From assembly GCA_949299195.1 (NCBI GenBank), contig CASFZN010000018.1, forward strand, positions 352,149 through 416,148: DNA of 64,000 bases, given 5' to 3'. Position numbers and translations under genes: made by a program. Positions 49,029 to 60,781 of the stretch are shown piece by piece (the first letter of the stretch is position 1; each line of letters starts with the position of its first letter). The stretch is from an uncultured bacterium. GTDB lineage: Bacteria; Bacillota_I; Bacilli_A; RFN20; CAG-826. The notes under the pieces are model-generated. The model saw nothing but the letters and a program-made list of their open reading frames with translations, did no database searches and was not told the DNA's origin.

Positions 49029-50282
49029 TTATAAATCTAAAGGATTATCTTTAAGTAAAAAATCAAATAAATTTAATATTAAATAATTATCTTCATTATA
49101 TGAAGTTAAATAACCTTGTTTTACTATTAATATTTTTTTAGCTCCATTATCTAAATATTTAAATGGACGCAGTTCTTGCTCCAATTTATCTTTATTAGTT
49201 GCATCTAGTGAAACTTGAATGTAATAGGTTTTATTATTCTTTTTAGCTTCGAAATCAATTTCTAATTCTTTTCTAAAACTTTTCTGATTTTTATCTTTTT
49301 GATTAATGATAATACTACCTAAATTAACTTCATAACCTTGAATTATTAATTCGTTATAAATTAGATTTTCAAGTAAATGCGTTTCTTCTAATTGATTAAA
49401 ATTTAAAATAGCATTTCTAATTCCTAAATCTTTAAAATAATATTTTTTATTCGAATTAATGAATTTTTTGCCTTTTAAATCTTTACGAATAATTTTTTCT
49501 ATTAAAAAAGAATCTTCCAAAGTATCAATATATTTTTCTATAAGATAAGTTGATATTTTTTTGTTTTTTAAACTCTTAAAAGTGTTAGAAATTTTTAAAG
49601 CTGAAAATCTAGACCCGATTGAAGAAGAAAGAACAAGCACTAATTCGTTAAAATCAATTTTATTTCTAATATTATTTTTTATTATTAAATCTTTTAAATA
49701 AGTTTCTTTATAAACGCTTATTAAATATTCTTTTTTATCATTTTCATTATTAAATTCAATTAATTTTGGGAGCCCACCATAAGTTATGTAATCTTTATAA
49801 GCATCTTCTAATTTTTGATGAGAATTCTTATAGAATTCTTTAAAAGATAATGGGTAAATTTTAATTTCGACACCTCTATCATTAAACTCGGTTAAGATAT
49901 CTTTTGAAAGAAATTTTGCATTGCTGCCTGATACAAAAACATTAAGATTAGAAATGTGATAAAAACCTAATAAAACTGAAGTAAAATTATCTACTAATTG
50001 AATTTCATCGAGTATTAAATAATAAATTAGATTATCTTTAATATTATTTAATACAAAATTATATAAATTATCTGAGTTTAAGAGATTTTTATTCTTATAA
50101 TCATCAAATTCTATTCTAATGATATGGTCTTGAAAGATACCACTTTTAATTAAGTAGTTATAAAAGAGTTCGTTTAATAATGTAGATTTTCCTGACCTTC
50201 TTAAACCTGTAACTATTTTAATTCTATTATCGTTAATTTTACTTATTATTTTTTCTAAATAATTATCACGATTAAATATCAT
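49029..50282 (-). CDS. AAA+ ATPase of AAA_14/DUF4143 family (copy 2); start revised to ATG with AAGGA RBS
   Basis: 'IVTGLRRSGKSTLL' Walker A, 'YLILDEIQL' Walker B; DUF4143-like C-terminal region; ORF-track N-terminal extension (to 50393) is hydrophobic junk overlapping palindromic sites. Confidence 0.65.
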   Translation of the reverse strand: MIFNRDNYLEKIISKINDNRIKIVTGLRRSGKSTLLNELFYNYLIKSGIFQDHIIRIEFDDYKNKNLLNSDNLYNFVLNNIKDNLIYYLILDEIQLVDNFTSVLLGFYHISNLNVFVSGSNAKFLSKDILTEFNDRGVEIKIYPLSFKEFYKNSHQKLEDAYKDYITYGGLPKLIEFNNENDKKEYLISVYKETYLKDLIIKNNIRNKIDFNELVLVLSSSIGSRFSALKISNTFKSLKNKKISTYLIEKYIDTLEDSFLIEKIIRKDLKGKKFINSNKKYYFKDLGIRNAILNFNQLEETHLLENLIYNELIIQGYEVNLGSIIINQKDKNQKSFRKELEIDFEAKKNNKTYYIQVSLDATNKDKLEQELRPFKYLDNGAKKILIVKQGYLTSYNEDNYLILNLFDFLLKDNPLDL

Positions 50283-50303
50283 ATATGATCCTTTTTTATA
50301 ATA

Positions 50304-50317
50304 TTTGCGTCTATACG
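50304..50317. promoter_or_regulatory. 14-bp near-palindrome TGCGTCTATACGCA (operator-like), site 1
   Basis: in divergent intergenic region between DUF4143 ATPase and pcrA. Confidence 0.35.
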
Positions 50318-50379
50318 CATTTTTTCTAAAAATATTATACAATATATAGACTAAAATAAAAAGTATTTTTAAAATTTTT

Positions 50380-50393
50380 GCGTATATACGCAT
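50380..50393. promoter_or_regulatory. 14-bp perfect palindrome TGCGTATATACGCA (operator-like), site 2
   Basis: 76 bp from site 1 (centre to centre), same intergenic region. Confidence 0.35.
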
Positions 50394-50514
50394 TTATTTT
50401 AAAAACCATTAATTATTAATATAAAATAAGATAACTTTTTATTACTAAATTTATACTAAAAAAGTTATTAGATTTAATATAAATAACAACCTAAATTTGA
50501 TAAAATATTTAGGT

Positions 50515-52731
50515 ATGAATTTTGAACGAGAACTAAATGATAAACAATATCTTGCAGTAACAACGAAAGAAAAATATAACCGTATAATTGCTGGTGCAGG
50601 TAGTGGAAAAACTAGAGTATTAACATATCGATTGGCCTATTTATTAGAAAAAAGAAATATTGACCCATTTAATCTTTTAGCGATTACTTTTACAAATAAA
50701 GCTGCTAAAGAGATGAAAAATAGAACAATTGATTTATTACCAACTTATAATTTAAAAAACTTACAGATTTCAACTTTTCATTCTTTCTGTAATTATTTAT
50801 TAAGAAGAGAAATTAAAGTTTTGGGATTTCCACAATCTTTTTCGATTTTAGATGAAAGCGATACCGAATTATTATTAAAAAATATTGCCGAAGAGCTAGG
50901 ATATGAAAAAAACGGACCAACTTTTGATTATGCTTTAAAATTTATAAGTGCAAGCAAAACAAAAGGGAAACTACCTGGTGATATAAAGGAAGAATTTTTG
51001 AATGATTTATCAAAAAAAGCTTTAACAATGTTTAAAGAATATGAAAAAAGAAAGAACGAACAATTCTCTTTAGATTTTGATGATTTACTCATATATACAG
51101 TACTGATTTTATCTTCTTACCCTAATATAAAAGAAAAATATAATAATCGATTTAAAGAAATCTTGGTTGATGAATTTCAAGATACAAATGATATTCAATT
51201 TAAATTATTAACTTTACTTGCTGGAGAAAATACATCTATTTATGTAGTTGGTGATCCTGATCAAACAATTTATACTTGGAGAGGAGCTAATCAAAAAGTT
51301 ATTTTAGATTTTGATAAATATTTTTCTCCGCTTAACACAATAATATTAAACGAAAATTATCGTTCAACAAGCGCTATTTTAAATGTTGCAAATACTTTGA
51401 TTGCTAAAAATGTCGAAAGGGTAAAAAAAGATTTATTTACAAATAATTCTAAAGGTGTTGATGTAATTTGCCATGAAGAATTTTCTGATCAAGAAGAAGC
51501 TAGGTGGGTAGTAAAGAAAATAAACGATTTAAAAAAGATTAAAAACGTAAAATTAAAAGATATCGTTATTTTATATAGAAGTTCATATATTTCAAAAACA
51601 TTTGAAAAAGTCTTGATGGAAAATAGAATTTCTTATCGAGTATATGGCGGGCTTAAATTCTATGATAGAAAAGAAATTAAAGATTCTTTGGCTTATTTTT
51701 ATTTATTATTAAATGATTTAGATGACATTTCCTTTTTAAGAATCGTAAATGTTCCTCGTAGAAGTATAGGAGATGTATCATTATCAACGCTCAAAAAAGA
51801 AGCTAGAAATGAAAATTTATCATTATATAAATATTCTAAAGATATAGATAAATATAATTCATTACTTTCGCCACGTGTTAAAAACTCGCTGTTTAATTTA
51901 GTGCAAATTATTGAAGAATATAAAATAAAAGTTAATGATAAAAATATATCTTATTCAGAAGTCTTAGATGCTTATTTAAAAAAGCTTGGCTATTATGATT
52001 ATTTAATTAATGATGATGATTCGGACGGGGAAAGAATTGCTAACGTTAAAACATTAATTGATGATATTCGAACTTATTTAAAAGAAAATCCTGAATCTTC
52101 TTTAGATGAATATATGCAAAATATTACTTTATTAACTTCTCAAGATGCGATAATTGATAACGAAAACACTTTAACTTTAATGACTGTACATACAGCAAAA
52201 GGTTTAGAGTTTGATTATGTTTTTGTTGTTGGGTTTGAAGATACAGTGTTCCCTTCTTATAAATCTGTTTCTGAAAACGGCAATAAAGGATTAGAAGAAG
52301 AAAGAAGGCTTGCCTATGTTGCTTTTACAAGGGCTAAAAAAGAATTATATATAACTTATAATAAGGGATATTCTTATATTGCAAAAACTTCACACATTCC
52401 TTCAAGATTTATTAAAGAATCTGGAATATATAGCATTGATTCAAGTTTTGAAAGAGATTTAAAACGTTATGATTCTTCATCAACTGTTTATAAAATTAAT
52501 TTTAATAGCAAAGAATCTTCTAGAAGAGTAAGTGAAGGAAGAAATTCAACTATTATTTCTTATCAAGTTAATAAAAATAATAATTGGGCGGTAGGCGATA
52601 ATTTAACTCATGATGCTTTTGGAGAAGGAAAAGTAATCGGTACTGATGGAGACGTCATTATTGTTGATTTTGCAAATTTCGGTGTTAAAAAAATGCTGGC
52701 TACACATCATATGTTGCATAAAAAGGAATAA
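50515..52731 (+). CDS. pcrA: ATP-dependent DNA helicase PcrA (intact)
   Basis: 'IAGAGSGKTRVLTYR', 'VDEFQDTND', 'VVGDPDQTIYTWRGA', 'ENYRST', 'TVHTAKGLEF', 'LAYVAFTRAKK'; followed by ligA as in Bacillus; start chosen by alignment with paralog (MNFERELNDKQY). Confidence 0.9.
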   Translation: MNFERELNDKQYLAVTTKEKYNRIIAGAGSGKTRVLTYRLAYLLEKRNIDPFNLLAITFTNKAAKEMKNRTIDLLPTYNLKNLQISTFHSFCNYLLRREIKVLGFPQSFSILDESDTELLLKNIAEELGYEKNGPTFDYALKFISASKTKGKLPGDIKEEFLNDLSKKALTMFKEYEKRKNEQFSLDFDDLLIYTVLILSSYPNIKEKYNNRFKEILVDEFQDTNDIQFKLLTLLAGENTSIYVVGDPDQTIYTWRGANQKVILDFDKYFSPLNTIILNENYRSTSAILNVANTLIAKNVERVKKDLFTNNSKGVDVICHEEFSDQEEARWVVKKINDLKKIKNVKLKDIVILYRSSYISKTFEKVLMENRISYRVYGGLKFYDRKEIKDSLAYFYLLLNDLDDISFLRIVNVPRRSIGDVSLSTLKKEARNENLSLYKYSKDIDKYNSLLSPRVKNSLFNLVQIIEEYKIKVNDKNISYSEVLDAYLKKLGYYDYLINDDDSDGERIANVKTLIDDIRTYLKENPESSLDEYMQNITLLTSQDAIIDNENTLTLMTVHTAKGLEFDYVFVVGFEDTVFPSYKSVSENGNKGLEEERRLAYVAFTRAKKELYITYNKGYSYIAKTSHIPSRFIKESGIYSIDSSFERDLKRYDSSSTVYKINFNSKESSRRVSEGRNSTIISYQVNKNNNWAVGDNLTHDAFGEGKVIGTDGDVIIVDFANFGVKKMLATHHMLHKKE

Positions 52732-54747
<2,016 letters not shown>

Positions 54748-54779
54748 AAAGGATAAATATTAAAAAGGAGAGGAAAAGG

Positions 54780-55085
54780 ATGAAGGAAGTAAATAAAAAT
54801 GTATTAAAAGATGCGGCCTTAAGACTCATGTTTGATATGAAAGATGAAGAATATGAAACCTTATTAAACGAATTTGATATTATTATTAAGCAACTCGTTT
54901 TAATGGATGAAATTAAGGGATTAAATGATATTGAACCAATGTCATTTCCTTATATTGATGAATCTTTTAATCTTTTAAGAGATGATGAAGAAATTAAAGA
55001 GACTTTATTAAATAAAGAAGAAGTTTTAAATATTGCTAAAAACACTAAAGAAGGACAAATTAAACTTCCTAAAGTCGTAAATTAG
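54780..55085 (+). CDS. gatC: Asp-tRNA(Asn)/Glu-tRNA(Gln) amidotransferase subunit C
   Basis: 101 aa; position immediately upstream of gatA-gatB; RBS aaaggagagg. Confidence 0.8.
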   Translation: MKEVNKNVLKDAALRLMFDMKDEEYETLLNEFDIIIKQLVLMDEIKGLNDIEPMSFPYIDESFNLLRDDEEIKETLLNKEEVLNIAKNTKEGQIKLPKVVN

Positions 55086-55107
55086 TTGGATAAATGAGGA
55101 GAATACT

Positions 55108-56610
55108 ATGGAAAAAGAATTACATGTTTTAGATTTAACTATCGAAGAAATCCACTCCCATTTATTAAATGGCGATGTTAAAGTTTCTGATTTAGTTAAA
55201 AAAGCAATCGAAAGAGTTAAAAAAGACGAATTTAATGCTTTTGAAGCTTATAATTTCGAAGAAGCTTTAAAAGAAGCAGAAGAACTTGATAAAGAAGAAG
55301 TTCCTAGCGATAACTTGTTATTTGGTATTCCTTATATCTGTAAGGATAACCTTTCTACTAAAGGCATTGAAACTACTGGTGGAAGTAATATATTAAACGG
55401 ATATATTCCACTTTTTGATGCAACTGTTGTTACTATTTTAAAAGAGAAAAAAGCGGTATTAATCGCAAAAGCTACTCTTGATGAACTCGCAATGGGTGGT
55501 AGTGGAAAATCTGGTCACAAAGGAATTCAACTTAACCCATATGACGAAAATAAAGAATCATTAATTGGCGGGTCAAGTAGTGGGAGTGCTGTAGCAGTTG
55601 CTTCTTCGGTTACTCCTTTCGCATTAGGAAGTGATACCGGCGACTCAATTAGAAAACCTGCCTCTTTTGGAGGTTTAGTTGGATATAAACCAACATATGG
55701 ATTAATTTCTAGATTTGGACTTTATCCTTTTAGTGTTTCTTTAGATCATGTTGGTTATTTTACTCGTAGTGTTGATGATGCTGCATTATTATTTGATACA
55801 CTCAATAAATTTGATGAAAACGACTTTACTTCATCTATTAAAGAAAGAAAAGCTATTTATCCTATAAAAAATAACGAAAAAAGAAAGATTTGTGTAATTA
55901 AAGAAGTTATTGATTCAATTAAAGATGAAGACATCTTATCTAGATTCAATTACTTAGTTGAAAATCTTAAAAAAGAAGGATATTTGGTCGATTATGTAAG
56001 TGTTGACCCTTCAATTTTAAAGGCGATTTATCCTGCTTATATTATTATTTCTAGTGCTGAAGCTACATCAAATAACGCTAATTTAGATGGTATTAAATTT
56101 GGTAATCTTAAAGAAGGAAATAGTTATCCAGAAGTCATGTTTAATACTAGAAATGAAGGTTTTAGCGAACTTATTAAAAGAAGATTTATCTTAGGAAGCT
56201 ACGCTTTAATGAGTGAAAACCAAGAAGAAGTCTATTTAAAAGCTAAAAAAGTTAGAAGAGTTGTAGTTAATACTTTTAACGAATTATTCGAAAAATATGA
56301 CGCTTTCATTGGACCAGCATCTCCAACTGTTGCTCCAAAAATTAATCAAGCAAGCGATAACTTCGATGATACATATTTAATTGCCGATAACTATCTTGCT
56401 ATTGGAAATTTTGGAGGCTATCCTTCAATTACAATTCCTTTAGGAATAAAAGATGATAAGATGCCTTTTGGAGTATCAATCACTTCTCCAATTTTTAAAG
56501 ATGAAGATACATTTATTATTGCTAAAGATTGTGAAAACATCTTAAAAATGAAGAATTTATCAACTAAAACCAAGTCTATTATTTTAAAAAATATGAAGGA
56601 GGCACAATAA
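55108..56610 (+). CDS. gatA: Asp-tRNA(Asn)/Glu-tRNA(Gln) amidotransferase subunit A
   Basis: amidase signature 'GGSSSGSAVAVASS...GSDTGDSIR'. Confidence 0.95.
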   Translation: MEKELHVLDLTIEEIHSHLLNGDVKVSDLVKKAIERVKKDEFNAFEAYNFEEALKEAEELDKEEVPSDNLLFGIPYICKDNLSTKGIETTGGSNILNGYIPLFDATVVTILKEKKAVLIAKATLDELAMGGSGKSGHKGIQLNPYDENKESLIGGSSSGSAVAVASSVTPFALGSDTGDSIRKPASFGGLVGYKPTYGLISRFGLYPFSVSLDHVGYFTRSVDDAALLFDTLNKFDENDFTSSIKERKAIYPIKNNEKRKICVIKEVIDSIKDEDILSRFNYLVENLKKEGYLVDYVSVDPSILKAIYPAYIIISSAEATSNNANLDGIKFGNLKEGNSYPEVMFNTRNEGFSELIKRRFILGSYALMSENQEEVYLKAKKVRRVVVNTFNELFEKYDAFIGPASPTVAPKINQASDNFDDTYLIADNYLAIGNFGGYPSITIPLGIKDDKMPFGVSITSPIFKDEDTFIIAKDCENILKMKNLSTKTKSIILKNMKEAQ

Positions 56611-56613
56611 TTT

Positions 56614-58038
56614 ATGAATTTTGAAGCAATTATTGGATTAGAAATCCACGTTGAAATGAAAACTCATACTAAAATGTTTTCAAGTGCCCCAATTAAATTT
56701 AAAGCTGAACCTAATACTAATATCACTTATTTAGATTTAGCATATCCAGGAAGCTTACCAAGAGTTAATAAAAATGCGGTAATTAACGCAATTAGAGTAT
56801 GTAATGCTTTACATATGGAAATTGATGATACGCTTTATTTTGACCGTAAAAACTATTTCTATGCTGACCTTCCTAAGGGATATCAAATTACTCAACAATT
56901 TAGACCTATTGGACAAAAAGGTTATTTAGAAATCGATGTTGACGGTGAGAAAAAGCGCATAAAAGTCGAAAGACTTCATATGGAAGAAGATACAGCAATG
57001 CAACACCACTATAGCGATTACACACTTTTAGACTATAACCGTGCAGGCATTCCGCTTGTTGAAATAGTTTCTTATCCTGAAATAAGAAACGGTAAAGAAG
57101 CTAGAAAATATGTCGAAAAAATTAAAGAAATCGTTACATATTTAGATGTTTCTGATGGAAAGATGGAAAACGGCTCATTAAGATGTGACGTCAATATCTC
57201 TTTACGTCCTTATGGCAGTGATAAATTCGGAACAAAGGTAGAAGTTAAAAACCTTAACTCAACCGCAAATATTGAAGCTGCAATTGATTTTGAAATGTCT
57301 CGTCAAGCTGCTTGTTTACTTAAAGGTATTGAAATTCATCAAGAAACTCGTAGATTTGATGAACTTAAAAAAGAAACAGTTTTAATGAGAACAAAAACTG
57401 AAGCTGCAGATTATAAATATTTTAGCGAAGGCAATATTCCTCCAATCTTTATTGGGAAAGATTTTATTAATCGTGCTATCGAAACTTCAAATGAATTATA
57501 TGATCAAAAATTAGAAAGATTCTTAAATGAATATAAATTAAATGAAGTTGATGCAAGGATTTTATTATCTTCTAAAGAATTATCAATTTATTATGATGAA
57601 GCAGTTAAAAATAATGATAATTATCAACAAATCGCTAACTTTATAATCTCTGAAGTTTTAGGTTATTTAAATAAAAATGAAATCGAAATTTCAAACTTTA
57701 ATGTTAAACCAGACGATATTTCCGATTTAGTTAACCTTTTAATCAAAAAGGAAATTAACTCTAAACAAGGAAAAGATATTTTTGCAAAAATGATTGAAAC
57801 AAATAAATCACCATTAGTTTTAAAAGAAGAAATGGGAGCAACAATTATCTCTGATCCTGAAAAAATTAGAACTGATATTATCGAAATTATAAAAGAAAAT
57901 CCAACTCTTCCAGATGATTACAAAAACGGTAAAACTAGAGCTCAAGGATTCGTAATGGGATTACTCATGAAAAAGAATAAGGGTAAAGTTGATCCAATTT
58001 TAGCAAACAAACTCATCGTTGAAGAGTTATTAAAATAA
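56614..58038 (+). CDS. gatB: Asp-tRNA(Asn)/Glu-tRNA(Gln) amidotransferase subunit B
   Basis: 'IIGLEIHVEM', 'DLAYPGSLP', 'RLHMEEDTA'; 474 aa. Confidence 0.95.
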   Translation: MNFEAIIGLEIHVEMKTHTKMFSSAPIKFKAEPNTNITYLDLAYPGSLPRVNKNAVINAIRVCNALHMEIDDTLYFDRKNYFYADLPKGYQITQQFRPIGQKGYLEIDVDGEKKRIKVERLHMEEDTAMQHHYSDYTLLDYNRAGIPLVEIVSYPEIRNGKEARKYVEKIKEIVTYLDVSDGKMENGSLRCDVNISLRPYGSDKFGTKVEVKNLNSTANIEAAIDFEMSRQAACLLKGIEIHQETRRFDELKKETVLMRTKTEAADYKYFSEGNIPPIFIGKDFINRAIETSNELYDQKLERFLNEYKLNEVDARILLSSKELSIYYDEAVKNNDNYQQIANFIISEVLGYLNKNEIEISNFNVKPDDISDLVNLLIKKEINSKQGKDIFAKMIETNKSPLVLKEEMGATIISDPEKIRTDIIEIIKENPTLPDDYKNGKTRAQGFVMGLLMKKNKGKVDPILANKLIVEELLK

Positions 58039-58050
58039 GAGGAAGTGGTT

Positions 58051-59394
58051 ATGAAAAACATCGATATTAACGAAGAATCATTATCAAAAGATTTATATTC
58101 AAGATTATCTAAAAATTATCTTAAAGACGTTAAAAATACCATCATCAGAAACGCTTTAAATAATACTAACATCACCGATTTAGCTTACGATGCATCAAAA
58201 CAAAGTGAAACCAATTTTGTTTTCTCTAATGAAATCAAAACTATGGCTGTTTGTAATCAAGAAAGAAGCGGTAGATGTTGGATTTTTGCTGGATTAAACG
58301 TTTTAAGAGAAATCGTTGGCAAGAAATTAAACATTAAAAACTTTGAATTATCCCAAAATTATGTCGCTTTATATGATAAATTAGAAAAATGCAATTACAT
58401 GATGACTTCAATCATTTCATTATTAAATAATGATCCATCAGAAAGAGTCTTCATGCATGTTTTAACTAATGGGATTCAAGACGGCGGACAATGGGATATG
58501 TTTAAAAATCTTGTCAAAAAGTATGGAATTGTTCCTCAAAGTGTCTTTAAAGAAACTTTCCAATCAAGCAACACCCATTTATTAACAACTGTTTTAAATT
58601 CTTATATTAGAAATTTTGCTTTTGAAGCCAAAAAATTAAAAGAAACTCGTAAAGTAAAAGAAATTTCTATTTTAAAAGAAAAATATTTAACCAATATTTA
58701 TAATGCAATTTTAAATTCTTTTGGCGTTCCACCAACAAAATTTAATTTCGAATATTACGATATTGAAGATAAATATCATATTGAAAAAGATTTAACTCCA
58801 AAAGCATTCTTTGATAAATATATTGGTAAAACTATCGATGAATACGTATCAATTATTAATTCTCCAACTGAAGATAAGCCATTCAATAAAGTTTATACAA
58901 TCGATTATCTTAATAATGTTATTGAAGGTGATCCAATTAAACACTTAAATTTACCAATGGATAGAGTTAAAGAATTAGTTGAAAAACAAATTTCTAATAA
59001 CGAAGTTGTTTGGTTTGGTAGCGATGTTGGTTTTTATAGAGGGAAAGAATATTGGGATGATGAAAGTTTAAGTTTACAAGGTCTTTTCCAAATTGATACT
59101 AAATGGGATAAAGCAGGAATGTTAGATTTCCACGCCTCAGTTATGAATCATGCGATGGTTATCACAGGTTTTAATAAAGTTGATGGCGTTGTTAATCGTT
59201 ATAAGATTCAAAATTCTTGGGGAAGTAAGGTCGGTACTAACGGATATTTTGTAATGAGCGACTCATGGTTTGATTCTTTTGTTTATCAAGTTGTTATCTT
59301 AAAGAAATATTTAACAAAAGAAGAATTAGACGCCTATAATAAAGAACCAATTCATTTAGATCCTTGGGATCCAATGGGAACTTTAGCCGATTAA
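58051..59394 (+). CDS. pepC: aminopeptidase C (bleomycin hydrolase-like C1B cysteine peptidase)
   Basis: active-site 'QERSGRCWIFAGLN', 'HAMVITG', 'QNSWG'; RBS aagaggaag 7 nt before ATG 58051. Confidence 0.85.
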   Translation: MKNIDINEESLSKDLYSRLSKNYLKDVKNTIIRNALNNTNITDLAYDASKQSETNFVFSNEIKTMAVCNQERSGRCWIFAGLNVLREIVGKKLNIKNFELSQNYVALYDKLEKCNYMMTSIISLLNNDPSERVFMHVLTNGIQDGGQWDMFKNLVKKYGIVPQSVFKETFQSSNTHLLTTVLNSYIRNFAFEAKKLKETRKVKEISILKEKYLTNIYNAILNSFGVPPTKFNFEYYDIEDKYHIEKDLTPKAFFDKYIGKTIDEYVSIINSPTEDKPFNKVYTIDYLNNVIEGDPIKHLNLPMDRVKELVEKQISNNEVVWFGSDVGFYRGKEYWDDESLSLQGLFQIDTKWDKAGMLDFHASVMNHAMVITGFNKVDGVVNRYKIQNSWGSKVGTNGYFVMSDSWFDSFVYQVVILKKYLTKEELDAYNKEPIHLDPWDPMGTLAD

Positions 59395-59408
59395 TTATAT
59401 AGAATAGT

Positions 59409-60188
59409 ATGGAAAAGAAATTTACTTTAATTACTGGAGCTTCATCGGGTTTAGGAAAAGAATTAGCAAAACTTTATGCTAAGGATAAAAATAACCTTCT
59501 TTTAGTTGCGCGAAATTTAGATAGTTTAAATAAATTAAAAGAAGAAGTTGACTCTTTGTATAAAGTAGAAGTAGATGTTTTATCAAAGGACTTATCTAAT
59601 CTCAATGAAGTTAAAGAAATTAAAGATTATGTTCTTAAAAAGGGCTATTTTATCAACAACTTAGTAAATAATGCCGGCTTTGGCGATACTAAAGATTTTG
59701 TTGATATGGACATTGATTTTAATATCAAATTAAACGAAGTTAACATTAACGCTTTAATGTATTTAACTCATTTTTTCTTAAAAGACATGCTTAAAAATGA
59801 TGAAGGACACATTATAAATGTTGCATCTGTTGCTGGTTTTTTACCTTCTCCGCACATGTCAACCTATCACGCTTCAAAAGCCTATATTATTTATTTAACT
59901 GAAGCAATTTCTGAAGAAATTAAAAAGAGTAAAGTTAAGGTCTTGGCAGTATGTCCTGGTCCTTTTGAGTCAAATTTTGTTAATGTTGCTCATAATCACA
60001 AGACTTTTGAAACTATTAAACCTATGACTACTGAATATGTTGCTAAAAAAACATATAAAGTATCCTTAAAAGGTAAAAAAATAGTCTATGTTTTACCTTT
60101 TAAATCTAAACTACTTTCAATCGCTCCTAGATTCTTTACAAGAAAGTTTGTAAATTATGTAGCTGGTAAAACATTAGAAGAAAAGTAA
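59409..60188 (+). CDS. short-chain dehydrogenase/reductase (SDR)
   Basis: 'ITGASSGLGKELA' cofactor motif, 'NNAG', catalytic 'YHASKAY'. Confidence 0.8.
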   Translation: MEKKFTLITGASSGLGKELAKLYAKDKNNLLLVARNLDSLNKLKEEVDSLYKVEVDVLSKDLSNLNEVKEIKDYVLKKGYFINNLVNNAGFGDTKDFVDMDIDFNIKLNEVNINALMYLTHFFLKDMLKNDEGHIINVASVAGFLPSPHMSTYHASKAYIIYLTEAISEEIKKSKVKVLAVCPGPFESNFVNVAHNHKTFETIKPMTTEYVAKKTYKVSLKGKKIVYVLPFKSKLLSIAPRFFTRKFVNYVAGKTLEEK

Positions 60189-60212
60189 GCATTAAAAACT
60201 ATTATGTTATTT

Positions 60213-60240
60213 AAAAGTTTCCACGTGGAAACTTTTTTTA
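60213..60240. terminator. intrinsic terminator, perfect palindrome AAAAGTTTCCACGTGGAAACTTTT + T-run (copy of repeated family)
   Basis: 24-nt perfect palindrome 25 nt after SDR stop. Confidence 0.7.
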
Positions 60241-60485
60241 TCCTCAGATTAGGGATTATCTGAAAGATTATCTATTATTTAATGTAAGGAAAATTAATGC
60301 TTACTTTATTTCTTACTAAGGTTTAAAAATGACTGCTTTAAAATAATGTAAGCGGTACCATTAAAAATAAGTTTGACAAAAAATCAACCTGGTTAGATAA
60401 TTAAAGACCTTAGATAAAAATCTAGGTAATGTTAATGACCCAATACATACCATTTCTATCTAAGTACAAGAAAGGAGAATACAGA

Positions 60486-60626
60486 ATGATTAAAAAGCTC
60501 AAACATTTAGTGGGCAATAAACGTCATTCTAATAAAGAAACGAATCTAAACAGAAATGAAAATGGGTTTATGTCTTTTGTAGAAGACTATATTGCTTACG
60601 CAGATATTAAAGATTTAATGCTTTAA
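60486..60626 (+). CDS. small basic peptide ORF (46 aa) upstream of ABC transporter genes; speculative
   Basis: strong RBS aaaggagaatacagaATG; own terminator follows. Confidence 0.3.
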   Translation: MIKKLKHLVGNKRHSNKETNLNRNENGFMSFVEDYIAYADIKDLML

Positions 60627-60635
60627 TAAAGATTA

Positions 60636-60669
60636 AAAAAGTCGCTTCAAGAAATTGAAGCGATTTTTT
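60636..60669 (+). terminator. intrinsic terminator
   Basis: aaaaaagTCGCTTCAAgaaaTTGAAGCGAtttttt. Confidence 0.65.
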
Positions 60670-60781
60670 CATATTAAAAACACGATAATTATCGATAAAA
60701 TTTTAAATTTTCAAAAGAATTTTAAAAAAAGTTGAATAATTTTTCAATTTAAAACGTTCTTGTATAGTGAAAGGGGAAATT

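Noticed and set aside
50283-50393. ORF-track N-terminal extension of the DUF4143 ATPase
   Set aside because: Translation is low-complexity and hydrophobic, and it overlaps the two palindromic sites. Internal ATG at 50282 has an AAGGA RBS and aligns with the start of paralogous ATPases.
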